Shown here: piece by piece, positions 1 to 11,950 of the stretch
How positions within the stretch are numbered: position 1 is the stretch's first letter
Layout: each line of letters starts with the position of its first letter
Origin: Neophaeotheca triangularis
Lineage: Eukaryota
Reading direction: 5' to 3'
Assembly: GCA_054600435.1 (NCBI GenBank)
Contig: BAAIJX010000006.1
Location: forward strand, 434,001-498,000
Length of the DNA stretch: 64,000 nucleotides
Made by a program: the position numbers and the translations under genes
Notes under the pieces: generated by a model
The model's input: only the letters and a program-made list of their open reading frames with translations
Database searches by the model: none
What the model was told of the DNA's origin: nothing

Positions 1-372
1 CTGGTGATGTTGTCTTTGTCAAGAGTGGTTCTGTTGTCACGTATGTAGGTAAAATTACTAGGTAACAGGCAAATACCACTTAACTAGTTAAGTTAAGACT
101 TATTATTAGGTACCCTTACTGTCTGCCTTTCCCCACTTTGACACCTTGACTCCTTTCCCCCATTCGTCCAAATCTCTCATCAGTCTCAGCACCCACCTGC
201 AACCTACCTGCTCCGTGCTAGTACTTACCTTACTTACACCTGAGGTACCTACTGTATGTACCTTACCACTTCCATCCGCCAAGCCAAGCCTTACCGCCTG
301 CTACCTCCACTAGCACTAGTCACCTTAGCTTCTGCAGCCTGAGGTGCACACTGAGACACTGCACGCTGCTTG

Positions 373-399
<27 letters not shown>
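373..399 (+). repeat. (CT)n microsatellite in the CK1 promoter/leader; a (CAC)n run follows at about 565-590
   Basis: Read directly: ctctctctct... Confidence 0.9.
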
Positions 400-403
<4 letters not shown>

Positions 404-745
404 CTCAAGCCCTTCCCTTCCCTTCCCTTCCCGCTGACCTGGCACTAACTTTACACTCTCCTCAGTCTCGCCGCCGCTGCACCAAACAACACAACCACCC
501 CCCCCCTTCCGACTTCATCACGAACCACTTCACACCCCTCTCCGACACAACAACTCCACCACAACACCACCACCACCACCACCACCACCCGCGATAATAC
601 ACCTCACAACCTCGCCTGCCTCCCGTCCCACCTCCTCTCACATCCCGCCAACAGCCTGCAGCTTACCGCCAGCATCGATACTGGGTAGACTCAGGCAACT
701 TCATCCCCAACAAACAAACCCTCTTCGCTGAGGTCCCACCGTGCA

Positions 746-2245
746 ATGACGACCATGGTACGCCGCCAGCCTCACCCTCACCCTCACCCTCACCCTCACC
801 GCCCTGCCTCATCCACCGCCCGGGTGGCAGTGCATGTCCGTCCCGGTTCAAAGGCTTCATTGCTAACACAGGCACAGGACCTCCGTGTGGGGAACAAGTA
901 CAGAATCGGCCGCAAAATTGGCAGTGGCTCGTTCGGCGACATCTACCTGGGTATGTAAAAGAGCGCGGAGACAAAAACACAGACAACGGACACCCTCTAA
1001 CACATCCCTTCTTAGGCACTAACATCATCTCCGGCGAGGAGATCGCCATCAAGCTTGAGTCGGTCAAGGCCAAGCACCCTCAGCTCGAATATGAGGCTCG
1101 CGTCTACAAATCCCTCGCCGGCGGCGTCGGTATCCCCTTTGTGAGATGGTTTGGAACAGAGTGTGACTACAACGCCATGGTGCTCGACCTGCTCGGCCCC
1201 TCGCTCGAGGACCTCTTCAATTTCTGCAACCGCAAATTCTCCCTCAAGACGGTGCTGCTGCTCGCCGATCAACTCATCTCCCGCATCGAGTACATCCACG
1301 CCAAATCCTTCATCCACCGCGACATCAAACCCGACAACTTCTTGATGGGCATCGGCAAGCGAGGCAACCAGGTCAATGTCATCGACTTTGGTCTCGCCAA
1401 GAAGTACAGGGACCCAAAGACGCACTTCCACATTCCGTACCGCGAGAACAAGAACCTGACGGGTACCGCGCGTTATGCCTCGATCAACACGCACCTGGGA
1501 GTTGGTAAGTTCATGTTCTTCAGTCCGGCAGTCTAACCATTGCAGCACACTAACATCACTTCCAGAGCAATCCCGCCGTGATGACATGGAGTCCCTCGGC
1601 TACGTGATGCTCTACTTCTGCCGCGGCTCGCTCCCGTGGCAAGGCCTTAAGGCTGCCACGAAGAAGCAAAAGTACGACCGCATCATGGAGAAGAAGATGA
1701 CGACCCCCACCGAAGTCCTCTGCCGTGGCTTCCCCAACGAGTTTGCCATCTACCTCAACTACACCCGCAGTCTCCGCTTCGATGACAAGCCCGACTACTC
1801 CTACCTGCGCAAAATCTTCCGCGACCTCTTCGTCCGTGAAGGCTTCCAGTACGACTACGTGTTCGACTGGACCGTTTACAAATACCAGAAGAACGCCCAA
1901 GCCATTGCTCAGGCCCAGGGTCAGCAAGCCGATGCCGCCGAGACGGAAGAGAAGCCCGGCCGTGGCACGACCCGTCTGGCGACCGCCGGCAACACCGCCG
2001 GCCAACTCACTGACAAGCGCCGCGGAGGAGTTCCATCGAGAGCGGAGGGCACCGGAATGTGAGTGCTCACACACACGACTCGCCTTTCACTCTCCGTCTT
2101 GTAAGGCGCCTTCTCCTCTGCGTGCTGAACTATGCTTTGGAGCGCGAGGGGACCTGCAGCATTCAACTAACTTTTGTTTCTTCCAAGCAGGCAACTTCGT
2201 TCCTCCAAGCGCGGCACCGAACAGCCCGGATACACCAACTACTGA
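746..2245 (+). CDS. hhp1: Casein kinase I (Hrr25/Hhp1/CK-1a type); exons 746-757, 878-950, 1016-1504, 1566-2058, 2191-2245
   Basis: Spliced product [29 protein letters not shown]...HRDIKPDN...DFG...LTGTARYAS...[13 protein letters not shown] carries CK1 signatures; GT-AG introns with CTAAC branch sites keep the frame. Confidence 0.97.
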
Positions 2246-3889
2246 ACGGCTCGAGTGACCACGGCAGGGTCGCCTCATCTACAACCTTCGAACTCTGATC
2301 GGCTCTCATCGGCATTACGATAATCTCGTATACCTTGACCCGAATCACAACTCACAACATTTTCATATCGGTATTGAGTGCTTTCATGGCTGGCTGGCTA
2401 CGGAGACCGTTTCGCTTCCCCCGGACATGCAATCGACAACAAGATTCTCAGATGCATTCCGTCACACCATCGGTATCAACCAAGCAACGCGGGAAGCGCA
2501 AACAATGTCAAACACTGCAAGCACAGACCAAAGGCATAATCTGGCAGAGTCACTCGGCAGGGTTTCTAATCGCATTTCTCCTCTACGGACAACACCCAAC
2601 TAGATTCACCTGCAGGCTGTCTTCAAACCACGGCCACCGACAGCACGAGGACTCCCGACACACCACAAATCAACACGGGCAAAACATTCACCACTTTTGG
2701 CATTCTTGGGGAGACCACTTCGGACTCTGCTGAGAATTTTATCTGTTTCTTTTTCCTTGGGCGCTGCTTTCTCAACACCATCACCACAAACTTTAATGCT
2801 GCCACCAATCAGATTGACGGCAGCCCTTTGCTCAGAGAGCTGCTTTTTCGGCCTACTGCACCTAAACACGACTTCGACTTTGGGGGACATGGCTTACTGC
2901 GTCTGGGGAGGCTTAATGCGGCGGAGGTGACGGGTAGAGACAAGCGGGCAGCGGCAACAACAGCAAGATACAAATCAAGGGCAATTTCGGGGGCTCTGGA
3001 AGTGGAAACAATAAGAATGTTCTGGTGGTTAGGTTCGCAGCTCCCCTGGCAGGAATGCTATGGCGCTTGTGGGCTTTTCCTCTTTGACCTTGGCCTGCGA
3101 GTTTTGTGGACGCGAGTTCGCATCGTCCGTGGCTTCTTCGAGGTTACTTGCTTATTTGCTGGCTTGGTCCGTCTGCTTGCGTGGTTTTGTAGCGGTCGGG
3201 GTCGTGTTTTTCTGTAGTTTTTGTTTTGTGGTTTTGGTATCCGACTTCTTTTGCCCCCTCTTTTCCTTTTAAGGTTTATGTGCCCCTGACGTTTCTTCGT
3301 ACGCGAGCTGTGAAGGTGTTTGTTGAACCTCGTGAACGAGATATGCCAGGCAAAGTAATGTTAAGAAGGTACTTTAAAGAAGGTATTCCCGTTGCTAAAA
3401 CCTTCCAGCTGTGACAGGTAGCTTTTGTAAATCGAGCGATGAGAAGAAATGGGAGTATATTTTCTCTCTCTCTCTCTCTGTGACTGACTGGACTGATTGA
3501 CGAATGTGTGGTCGTTGCTCGTATATATATATATACTTTGCTTACGCATTTCCATCCTGTCTGTCGTCCTGTGTGTCTGTGCCTTGCTTGCGTAAGTAAT
3601 GTCTCTGGTATCTGTACCTACTCTGTGACTCGAATAGTACAAAAGGCAGTAAAGATGACGATAAAGGCGCGAACTACCTGGGCAGTTTACCCGATCTTGA
3701 TGAGCAGTCAAGCTTGTTCATTTCGAAGTATCGCTATTTCCCGCGTAAGATGAGATTCCAGCAACCAGTGCGCAATCAGTAAACCACACGATATCATCAC
3801 ATGGGGAAAAGCAGCCAGTCCGAAAAGTGCTAAGCCCCAAACACAAACCCAATCTTCACATCCCACAATCACAGCGAACCACCGCCCCC

Positions 3890-4899
3890 TCACGGCGCGA
3901 CCGCCGTAGCCCCTTCACTCGCCTGACTCTCATACCTCACCAACCGAAAATCATACCTCAACTCAAACCCGGCCTTGGGATCCCCCGCCTTCTCGACAAA
4001 ATCCACCACCAAACTATCCTTGACGGCAAAGACCGAATCATTCGCCACATACCCATCCCTCCGGTCGAAAATCTGCGTCACCAGCGGTTTGTACCCGGGC
4101 GCGCTGACGATGAAATGTATATGCGCAGGGCGCATCGGGTGGCGGTCGAGCAGCTGCAGCAGCGTGCCCGTCGGGCCGTCGAACGGGATCGGGTACGAGG
4201 TCGGCCGCAAGCAGTAGAGCGAGTACGCGCCGTCGGCGGGCGTGCAGAAGCGGCCGCGCAGGTTCATGTCCGGCTGCTCCGGGTCTTGCTGCTCGTAGAG
4301 CCCGTTGGGCGCCGTGTGCCAGATGTCCAGCTCGGCGTTTTCGACCGCCTGCCCCGTGTGCGCGTCCAGCACGCGCCCGTGCATGTGCGTGTGGTCGCCT
4401 TGCGGGATGTTGTTGGTTACGATGGAGTCGCCCATGGCGCGGCGCGGGGCGTCTTTGCGCCAGAAGGGGCCCAGGATTGCCGAGGCGGTGGGCGCGTCGA
4501 GCGCTTCGCTTGCTTTTTTGTACGTGATTTCGTCGACGAGCGATTCGATTCCTAGGATGTCTTGGAGGAGTTGGCCTTCGTTGCGTTTGTTGTCTGACAT
4601 GCGGCCGGCTTCGTTGATCTGGTGGGGGGGAGGTTAGTTTGGGTGTGAGTTTGGGTGTTGGGGGGCGGGGGGGGGGGGTTTGTTGATACCAGTTCTGTTG
4701 CTGCCATCCATTCGTCGACGGTGATTTCGTTTTCTCTGGCAAAGTCGTGGAGATGCTGGATGAGGCTCCCGATGACTTGCTTGAGTCGAGGATTGGCTTT
4801 CGGTCCTGTGGCATTGATTACGGACTGTGTGAAGTCGGGGTCGAATCGTGAAGCTCTTGTGCTATCACCATTGGTTTTGCTAGAAGAGTTGGCAGCCAT
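3890..4899 (-). CDS. Intradiol ring-cleavage dioxygenase (catechol/hydroxyquinol 1,2-dioxygenase family); exons 4899-4690, 4618-3890
   Basis: N-terminal LIQHLHDFARE helix, GPFW, DIWHTAPNGLY, RPTSYPIP and MRPAHIHF (Tyr/Tyr/His/His iron ligands); 71-nt GTATCA..CCAG intron. Confidence 0.93.
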
Positions 4900-5433
4900 A
4901 TTTGGCGACGGTGTGACGGGGACTTTACGACGACTTGGTGCGGAAGACGGTATGAAGGAGTCTCGGAAAGAAAGGGCGACTGGCTGTAGGGCGTCCAGTT
5001 TGTTTCACGCCGTCTGGTATCTAAGGGGGGGGGGGGGGAGGGGGGATATTGCGGAGTAAGGTACTTTCAAGGAGAGCTCTGGCTTGTATAAGAGGTATCT
5101 TTCCATGCAATGACTCGAGTTGTCTTTAATACTACGGACCCTTCTTTTGCCCGCGAGCTGAAGATTGTTGTTGGTCCAACACGTGCTCCAATGCAAAGCC
5201 CGACAAATTACAATAATATCCACTTGGTGGAGCGCGGGGTAGGTAACGTGGATGTGCCGTGTCCTTTCTGTCAGCCGAGCCTTGCGACGGAATATGGACC
5301 GCATCCGACATCCGCCATCCGAAGACGCCTTCCGAGAAGTCGGCACTCTGCCTCGCATCTCGCTCTCAACTTTTGACAGGAAAAGAACGCCAGGACACCT
5401 TGCTTCGAAAAGTAATGCACAAGGAGTGACCGC

Positions 5434-6892
5434 TCATTTGGTCTTCTTCCCGCCAGTCTCTTTGGCTTCCTGGGTCTTGGGATGCTTGATAGTTAGGCAC
5501 CAAATATCAAGATAGTCGCAAATGCTGCCAGATGTTAGCGAATTCCGTGAAGGTGCGCAAAGCGGGTGGTGATGCTTACCTGACAATCACATCCACCACG
5601 AAGCTACCATACACTCCAATGGCCAAACCGAGACACATAAACACATATGCGACTTGGTAGACGCCAGATCCGAGGGCGCTGGGCCAGCCGAGGCCTAGGT
5701 AGTTGCTCAATGTTGGACCAATCGAGTCGACAACACCGTACGCTAGAGGTACGAGCAGTACGTTATGGTAGGGAAAGCAGGCCTTTGTGAGGTGCGCAGT
5801 AATCATCTGGCCGACAGAGTAAGCGTTGATCAAGCCGACCAAGAAGACAAATGGCACAAGGTGCTGATGGAGGATTTCTGGGTTCAAGGCGAGGTAGGAG
5901 ACGATCAACACCCAAGCGGTAAAGAACGGAATAAGCCCTGCAAGAGCCTGGTGGGGTGGTTCACCGCGCTCTTTGCGGGCTTTCAGTACGTTGCGAGCAC
6001 TGTTCTAGATTAGCGCCGCTCTGCTGTAGAGTAGTGTGAAGTTGTCCAACATACCTCTCGACAGTGTTGAAGACCAGGACAAGACCACCATAGGCCATGT
6101 AAAAGTCACCAAAGTCCATGTCGTACACCGCATTCGGCAAGATCCCATATTGCGGGACACCGAGGGCGGGAAGCATTGCCTGTTGCCAGTAGCTTCCGCC
6201 GCCCTTGACAGCCGTGATAGCATAGACGATGCAAAGGGTCAAAATACCTTCAACGGGTCCAGACACCAAGCCGAGAGTGAGTGTGTGCGTGTGATACTCA
6301 TCCCAAGTCTGCACGTAGAATGTGAGCAGGGAAGCGAAGAGTACCAGTACCGTCCTCCACCCCTGACCAAAGTTCATTGCTGCTGAGAAGAGAAGAACTT
6401 CGAAACTAGTGTTCAAAGCATCTACTCCGTGATCGAAGAGCTCGCCGAGCGGTCCGCTCTGTCCTGTACGGCGGCTGCAGCGAATTAGTAGGGGGTCACA
6501 ATCGTTTTGCAGGTGGGTGTGGAGGCTCACGCTTGGGATCCATCGACGGCGTCAAAAGTCTGATAGAGGAACAAACCAATCGCCCAACTTGCGTAAACCC
6601 ACGTCGGGCAGTCTCGATCCATACCGGGGGTGTAGTAGAGCATCGTTAGCACGTTGGCAATGACGAAGCCAAAGCCGGAGAGGGTGATCTACTACCAGTC
6701 AGCGTATGTAATTAGTCGACAATTCTTTGAGTGTGGACTCACAGCGTTCGGGGCCATTGACATGGGAAAGCAGGGCAGCACAATGTTGGTGTAGAAAGGC
6801 TTGAGGACGTATCTCGAGACCAAGCTGTGGTCAACCCCAGAGTACTTGTACTCCTTCAGCTTGGGCAGTTGCTCCTGTCGTATGTACACCAT
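5434..6892 (-). CDS. EPT1: Choline/ethanolamine phosphotransferase (CDP-alcohol phosphotransferase); exons 6892-6743, 6688-6531, 6474-6055, 5999-5580, 5524-5434
   Basis: YKYSGVDHS, APNAITLSG, the [27 protein letters not shown] CDP-alcohol phosphotransferase motif and C-terminal ICDYLDIWCLTIK; EPT1 versus CPT1 specificity cannot be resolved. Confidence 0.93.
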
Positions 6893-7084
6893 CTTGCACG
6901 GCGTACTTGGCGATATCTTAAAGGTTAGGAGACTGCAGACGCGAGTGAAGTAGAGTACCTAGGTAGGGCGTAGGGGGTAGTAGTGTTGCTGTCTGCTTGA
7001 CCCGGTCTTGGAAAGCTTCGGCGGTCAAAGCCAAAAAACCTTAGTCGGTCGACGCGCCGGATCGCGACTTTCAGTGACGCAACA

Positions 7085-7094
7085 GTCACGTGAC
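7085..7094. promoter_or_regulatory. Palindromic GTCACGTGAC (Cbf1/bHLH E-box) about 190 nt upstream of EPT1
   Basis: Exact RTCACGTG core in a promoter position; function is inferred. Confidence 0.45.
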
Positions 7095-7739
7095 GAAGAC
7101 GATGCTTTATCAGGTATGATATGTAGGTATTCATTTAACCAGTCATTTCAAAGGCGCATGCGAATGAGTATGTTGATCGCCACGCCAGGCCAATCTGCCG
7201 TCTAAACCGCTCACTAAACAGAAAATCAGGCCATGCGCCGTTTCAGTTCACGTTTCGCATCACATGCGAGCCATAAACAGACCTGCATCGCATCACTCCG
7301 TCCGCTCTGCCCTCCTTGCGCACCGACACGCCCCTGCTGATCTCGAACATCGTCCGCGATGTCCGTCTCATATCGTTAGGCAATTTTTCCTTGCTGTTTG
7401 CTTGTTCGGACCGAGAGGGTTCCGACAGGGTCTATTGCCCTCAGTACTCTTTTAAGTGACGGAGAAGTTCTGAAATCAACAAGCTTGCCTGTAAGATCAT
7501 CCGTCTCGCCAGGATCAGCATGAGGGCGTGCGACTCCCATTGCTCTTGCTCGAAAGGCTTCTACGTAGTGCTGCTTTCCCGAACAATCCTCAGTCTGCCA
7601 CTCAGCCCAGCGGCTGCAGAAGTGGCAACCGGCCATCGAAAAGGGCACCGCTCGGGAGGGAGTCTCGGCCAGGGTAGGTCTCTTCTGGCTCTGAGATACC
7701 GACTTGCTTCACCAGTGTAGACAGCAGATATCCTAACTA

Positions 7740-8005
7740 GAGGCTTCAAGATGAAGGGCACGTGGACACCGCCTTCTGTGGCACACTTCTTGTACAGTCT
7801 CGATGGCGCCATGGCAGCCTGCGGCCGTTTTCTTCCTGGCTTCCAACGTCGTCTCGGGCATTGTTAAAGTACTTTGAAGTAATTGCAATCATAGGCCTCA
7901 CAAGCGGCTTTACTCCCCAAAAGAAACCCTCCTCTCCATATTTAGAGGATAGGACAGTGTCTGTCAAGAGTGGGGGCTCTTACCATGTGCTTTGCATAGT
8001 CAGGT
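7740..8005 (-). pseudogene. Arylsulfatase gene fragment, frameshifted and truncated
   Basis: QAAMAPSRLYKKCATEGGVHVPFILK resembles the arylsulfatase QAAxAPxRLxKxxxxEGGxRVP motif; upstream, in another frame, SKYGEEG...SKYFNNARDDVG resembles SDNGAEG...KYYDNSLENIG; the rest of the gene is absent. Confidence 0.6.
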
Positions 8006-8316
8006 TCTAGACATCAAGCCCCTGCTGAACTTTGACCATCAAGCGCTCCAAAAGAAGCAAATGCCAAAACGCACTTCTCATGACGCCACCACATCAATAT
8101 TGAAACCTCGAGTACTTCTGTAGTAGAGACACAATTCCAGCAGCCCGCGGCTCAGAGGTAAGGTGGTATATGTACACAAGCTTGTCGACGCTGGTTTCGC
8201 ACCATCACTGCCGTCCGCAGACACCATCGGCCGCCACATATCACCTCTACGTCAGCATTCCGCTCTCTTACTCTCCTCCGATAACACCCGCTATCGTCTC
8301 CTTCCTCCTCTCCATT

Positions 8317-8734
8317 CTAGTGCCCGTTCTGCTTCACAGTCTTGGCGGCAGGGTTTCGGGGGTCGTTCTTGTACTCGTCGGCTGCGATGTCCTGTTAGTA
8401 CGTGACTCTTCCCAGGCTAACAGAAGCACCTCGTTTTATGGTTTGCTGTCCTTGGCGCGCGCTGGTTTCCATCTCGAAAGGGTCCGGAGGTTCTAGGGCT
8501 CAAACGTACATTGCGACATGGCGATGGCGCCGGCGTTGATACCGTAAGCGATGATGAGACCGGCGGCGTAGAATGGCCACATGGGCTTGGCTATATCATC
8601 CCGTGCGTCAGTATTCGTCCTTTTGCCATTGATTTTCCTCCCTATCCTCGATTCTTCCGGATAAGATGCGTAGGTCTCCAAGGGGGGTCGAGCGTACCGA
8701 CGGGCGCAGGGAACTTCTTGCCGAGGAGAGACAT
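8317..8734 (-). CDS. ATP18: Mitochondrial ATP synthase subunit j/i; exons 8734-8698, 8590-8510, 8381-8317
   Basis: Spliced MSLLGKKFPAPVAKPMWPFYAAGLIIAYGINAGAIAMSQSDEYKNDPRNPAAK...; not recoverable as one ORF in the track. Confidence 0.93.
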
Positions 8735-9236
8735 GGTTTCGGTAAGTTGGAGTGGTATTCGTGAGGGTCTGTAAAGATCGACTTGGGCGTATGGGTTGTC
8801 GTGGTGAGGTCGCAAGCTCTTGCGATGCGCTTCTGAGCCTCCCGGCTTCCGGGCTTGGCCGATTGGGGGGATACCTTAGGGTAAGGGTTGTGTTTTCACC
8901 TACCACATCTCTCTTGCCTGTTAATTATATGTTGACTTCATTCACTCCAGTACTACTGGGCACAGGCAGAAATTCACGCAATAACGTCCCCTACGAGATC
9001 TCGGGTGCTCAATTAGTTCAATATTGACTTGTTGCGCACTGGCTCTGTTTGCTTGCTTCGGAACACTGCAAGCTCCATCTCACGATTTCCACCAACTGGC
9101 AAGTAACGACTTTCCACTTCGAATCGAACTTCCATTTGCTTTCAAACATCCTCCACGGTAGGGCCAACGTACCTTGACCACAGCATCGCTTCAACTGCCG
9201 CCTGCGCGAGCTCTCTACCCTTAGTCCATCAAGATC

Positions 9237-11808
9237 ATGGGCGACGTACAAAAGGAACCTTTCGAATTACTTCAACACCTCCCCGAAGAGCTCTTGCAGA
9301 ACATCCTTGCGTACACGAACAGCAGAGATCAAAAGGCTCTGAGCTTGACCTCACGCTGGGGACGTCACCATGCGGCTCCACTACTATGGCAGAATGTCGA
9401 TTTGGTGGACTGCCGCACGTCGTACAGCTCAAAGGAGTGTGATGAGCACGACGACACCCCCATCATCAAGAAGTTGATCATATTGGCTACGTAGGCGCGA
9501 CCTGCTCTTGTACTCTAAGTCTCAGACAAGATGTTAACAGAGTCGCAGAAATCCACAGCTTGCCTCTTCCGTTCAGACACTCACCCATCGTTGCCACCTC
9601 CCACCGCCAGCCATCTTCAACGAGCTGCCATGGAATCGCTTCAGCAATGCCTGCTTATCCACGGATCCTCGTACGATCGAGTTATTGAAGCGTGCTGTCG
9701 CCAACATGACCAAAATTCAAACACTGCGCATCATCTTCGGTCACACGACTCTAAGCGAAGCACTGCTACGATGTTTCTTTGACGTAAATAGAGCGCGCCT
9801 TGCACCATTACGTCGACTGTGGCTCGAGAATGTGAGAATCACCGTGGGAGGTGTTGGAGATTTGGTTGAAATGGAAAAGCACCCTTACGACTTGCCACTC
9901 CGGCTCGACTACACGGGCCTCGAAAGTGTGCGCTACAGAAGATCGCCATTGTGGCAGCAGCGCATCGCCTCCCCGTTCGGACACGCTACAAATGCCAACT
10001 ATCGAGTCTATCTGAGAGGCTACCACGCAAAAGCAACGACGAAAAACCTCTACCCGCAATACGGCACTGTTCAAAACGGCGAAGGAGGGCTGTACGAAAC
10101 CGCTCTAGGATCAGATATACAACAGCAGAAGAGCGCTCCGAGTCGTTCTGGCCATCCTGCTTTGCTTCCGCCTCAACAGATCACGCCGTATCAGCTCGAT
10201 TGGCATTTTGACGATATGCTCTATCGTTCCATTTCACAAGGGCCTGGATATCCTGTCGATATCGACAATTACGCCCTTCCCACTGCCGAGGACGCGCAGA
10301 TGCAAGCCTATGAGCATTTCTGGATTAGCGAACCTCCAATATCCGCAACAAACATTGTACCACCCGATGAACACGTCGATCTTTCTCATCTACCCAGCAC
10401 GTTTGCTGCTTTGTGGCCCTTGAAGTGCGCCAGCCAAAGCCTAACGCACCTCAACCTCGATTGGATGCTACCGGGACTCCGAGGCACTCCTCATGACGCA
10501 CGTCAAGCGGACGAAGTCTGGCCGGTGTTCCTCGATGAATTGTTCTCACTACGTTTTCCTCGTCTTCGATCATTCCAGTTACGAAACGCCGTCGTACAGC
10601 ACACCAAGCTACCTGACGGCTTCTACCTCTTCGATCAAGGCGATTTCAGTCTGGCCGCTCTCGAGTTCATGGAGGCACACAAAAATCTGCAATGTCTAGC
10701 ATGGCCTATGGATCACTTTTTCGGCGAGAGACGGCAAGAGCCAGCTCATGCGAGGAGAGTAGAGTCTCTCATCGAACGTTTGGGTCGGACACTCACAGAT
10801 CTCCGCGTCGACACGCTATATAGTGGCGGCGGCGAAGCACACAGCGAAGACCACTGGACCGAGGACTTATCTGCAAGAGAACGTCGACGGGCTTTCATCT
10901 CACGTTTTGCCTCTAAAATGACACGCCTAGAAAGCATCAAAATCGAAGGTGGCATGCCGCGAGACGAGCGCCGCGAGACAATCCGAGCCCTCGGCCACTG
11001 TCAACTCAAAAAGCTTGTCCTCATCGGCGTCACTAGCCCAATCGGCAACACCTGGGGTCCCAACGGCCGCGACCTCCCAGAGTTCCTCACGCCAGACGAA
11101 ACCGCCGACCTCGAGGCCGAAGACAAAGACGCCGTCTTCGCTATTGGTCCCACAACACCCACACCGCCCTCTCAGGACACCACCAATAAACCATTCACCC
11201 CCATCTACGGCTGGCCCGCCAGCCCCCCAATGCTCCACACCATCGCCAGCCACCACGCCTCCACCATCACCGAACTCAAATTCTGCGGCTACAAAGGCAG
11301 CGCCTGCTTGTACGAGCCCACACCCATCACCACTCCACTCCTCGCCGCTCTCAAACACTTCCACAACCTCGAGACCCTCGTCCTCAGCACCTGGCTCTCC
11401 ACACTCTTCGAACACTCCTACCACGACCCGGAGATCATAGCTTTTTGGCTCAACACCCGCAACCCCGCTTCCACGGCTCTAGTCCCGGCCACGCCCATCG
11501 CGGACGAGGATCTAGGCGGCTGGGCGCTGGCGCTGAAGACGCGGTTTGCCCCCGAGGCTCTGGCGGCCAGGGTCGTGGCCATGTTTGGGCCGCTGTTGAG
11601 TGAGCGGGCTAAAGGGCGGGAGGGTGGTGTCAAGGTCCGCGCGAGTTTTTGTTTAGGGGATTGGGGCGGGATTTTTGACATCGATGTTGGGGTTGGTAAG
11701 GGTGAGGGTGGGAGTGGGAGGGATGTGGTGGTGGGGTTTGAGGGGCCGAGGGAGGAGTTGGAGCCGATGCGGCGGAGGCAGAAGTTGGAGGGGAGGCGGT
11801 GGTTTTAG
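9237..11808 (+). CDS. F-box protein with an LRR-like C-terminal region; exons 9237-9490, 9549-11808
   Basis: N-terminal LQHLPEELLQNILAY..D..ALSLTSR..LW F-box; the GTAGGC..GCAG intron joins in frame to the 707-aa ORF; LxxLxL repeats. Confidence 0.85.
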
Positions 11809-11950
11809 TGGGTAGGGGATTGTGAGTCTGGGTGGATGAAGGCAGGTTGAGTTTTGCAAGAATGGAGCGAGGATGCTTGTGACCTTGACACGACGACCGC
11901 GGTGTCAATGCGTTTTTGGGCCGGCGTGACATGGGTGTTCTTTCATGAGT

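Noticed and set aside
600..745. Possible non-AUG N-terminal extension of CK1
   Set aside because: An in-frame TAG at 686-688 limits it to under 20 codons, unlike the HEX1 case
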